The notes under the pieces are model-generated. The model was not told the DNA's origin and did no database searches. It saw only the letters and a list, made by a program, of their open reading frames with translations. Below are positions 62,359 through 64,000 of a DNA stretch of 64,000 nt, piece by piece. This DNA comes from Octopus vulgaris (Eukaryota). How positions within the stretch are numbered: position 1 is the stretch's first letter; the number at the start of each line of letters is the position of its first letter. The position numbers and the translations under genes were made by a program. The stretch covers positions 96,596,001 to 96,660,000 of the forward strand of contig OX597820.1 in the NCBI GenBank assembly GCA_951406725.2, given 5' to 3'.

Positions 62359-63754
62359 TAAAACATTTTCCTCAGAAAGTTGTTATGTGCAAATCTACAC
62401 AATTGAACGTATGAGAAACAAAATTGGAATTTTGAAAGAAGTATTTATAAAGCGATAATTTCATTTGTTTGAAATGTAAAAAGGAATAGTTAATGGAATA
62501 ACGGGTGGAACAAAATTTCATTCTTCTTTTTTACCATAGCAACTGGAGGTCCCAGTGGAAAAAAAGTAGCTCTTAGCGCATATTATTCAATGACATTTTT
62601 CAGAGATACGCTTTCGAGAATATAGCTTATGTTTATCACGAATTTTATTTATTTATTTGTTGGTGGCGTTTCAGATCATCCACCCACAACACTATATCTT
62701 TTGTATATTTTTTTCTTGAAAAAAAATTGCCAGCATGATAATGGAAGAAATATGTATTGGAAATAAGCATTGTACAGACTTTTATCAAGATAAAAGTAAT
62801 ATTCGCTTTTGAAAACATATCTCGGAAAAATTGTATGAAAAATATGTATCTAGCCAAATTCGTTAACGGAGATGAATGATCCATCAAAAATAAAATAAAT
62901 GATAATTTCAGATTTCCCCCAAGGTAATCGTAAACTTTGCTATCAAAAATGTATCTCTGAAAGATTTCTTTAGCAGAATGAAACAAAATCGGGGATGAGG
63001 GCGCCAGAAATGAGACAGTGATAATAAGAACAATCGATGTTTTGATTTTGTCGAGTTATATCGAAGGAATGCCGGTTTCTATTCATTCTTTATGCGTTCT
63101 GGGAGATTTGAACATAAATCTCTCAAACGCTGTTGTTCTTCCTCATTGGAGAACACATCATACTTTCAGTTGGCGTGGCTCAGAATGTCTAGGTTATTCA
63201 TCATTGAGTAGACCGAATCGGGTTGAAATACTAAACTGGCGATATACTGGCGTACTGAGCGAACGCATATTATGTCACTGAGAAGTTTCTCAGCGGCAAA
63301 ATATAACAGCTAATACCGTTTCTACAACATATGAACATTTTTCACACAACAGTATTTTAGTAAAAGAATATATCGTTTTTCTCAACGGCGATCTTTTAAC
63401 GAAAATCGCCAAAACAACACGATCGCACACGCACGCACGTACACGGGACTGTTTATAGTTGACAAGAAAAACATGTGCTTTCAAATCCTGTTTTCTGATT
63501 GGATAAAAAATTTTTACGGAGATAAGCGAAAATCGTGATTGAGACTAAATACTCTTGAGAATAAAATATGAGGTTTGCAGCATATTAGGAGGCCAGGATA
63601 CGTGATTCCATGCAAAATATTTTATTTTTTCTTAGTGAAAATCGTGTATGTGAAAAAGATTGATGGGGGTGGAGTATGTGAAATTTCCGAGGCTTTCACC
63701 TCACCTCACCCCGTTTTTCGGACCCCCAAAAGGGTTTTGGGTACTACTTGATAA

Positions 63755-64000
63755 CAGTGGTCCCGGTGCGCGCACTCGCTTAGTTGCGCATCCGCGCTAA
63801 CTAGTCATGACTAGTCGATCCTTACTTTGTGTTTTTGTGTTATTTCCTTTATTAAAAAATTATTTACTTTGTGTTTTTGTGTTTTATTTACTTTGTTTAA
63901 CAAAAATTATTTACTTTGTGTAAAAAAATTATTTATTTCGTGTTTTATTTACTTTGCTAGGTAGTCGTTGTAGGATCGACTAGTCACGACTAGCTAGCGC
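63755..64000. mobile_element. TIR MITE (hAT-like CAGTGGTCCC terminus), running off the window end
   Basis: gcgctaactagtcatgactagtcgatcct is inverted at 63972-64000. Internal ttatttactttgtg repeats. A related terminus lies at about 60884-60950. Confidence 0.6.

Overview
This is AT-rich, microsatellite-dense animal DNA, most likely from an octopus. That call rests on the SINE families and a GC-rich 18S V4 fragment, and it is an inference. No host-gene exon could be supported, and the window is a nest of mobile elements. Two retrotransposons are near-intact. One is a CR1/L2-group APE-RT LINE (minus strand, about 40641-44100, 1005-aa ORF2). The other is a Hero-clade restriction-like-endonuclease (RLE) non-LTR element (plus strand, 45546-49374). 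The Hero-like element is the standout for three reasons. (i) It has identical 93-bp terminal direct repeats. (ii) Its 5' UTR holds five ~20-nt hairpins with an invariant G(GAAAGA)C loop and stems that differ in sequence yet still pair. (iii) Its 3' UTR contains every conserved hammerhead-ribozyme nucleotide and all three helices, but in a strand order that matches none of types I, II or III. The window also has many tRNA-derived SINEs, R4/Dong-like fragments stacked in (TAA)n, RTE, L1/Tx1, CR1 and Penelope remnants, and Penelope-type mini-elements with minimal hammerheads. DNA-element content includes Tc1/mariner, pogo and hAT-like remnants and non-autonomous Helitrons. An 18S rRNA fragment sits inside a LINE remnant. 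Boundaries of decayed elements are approximate and were read by eye.
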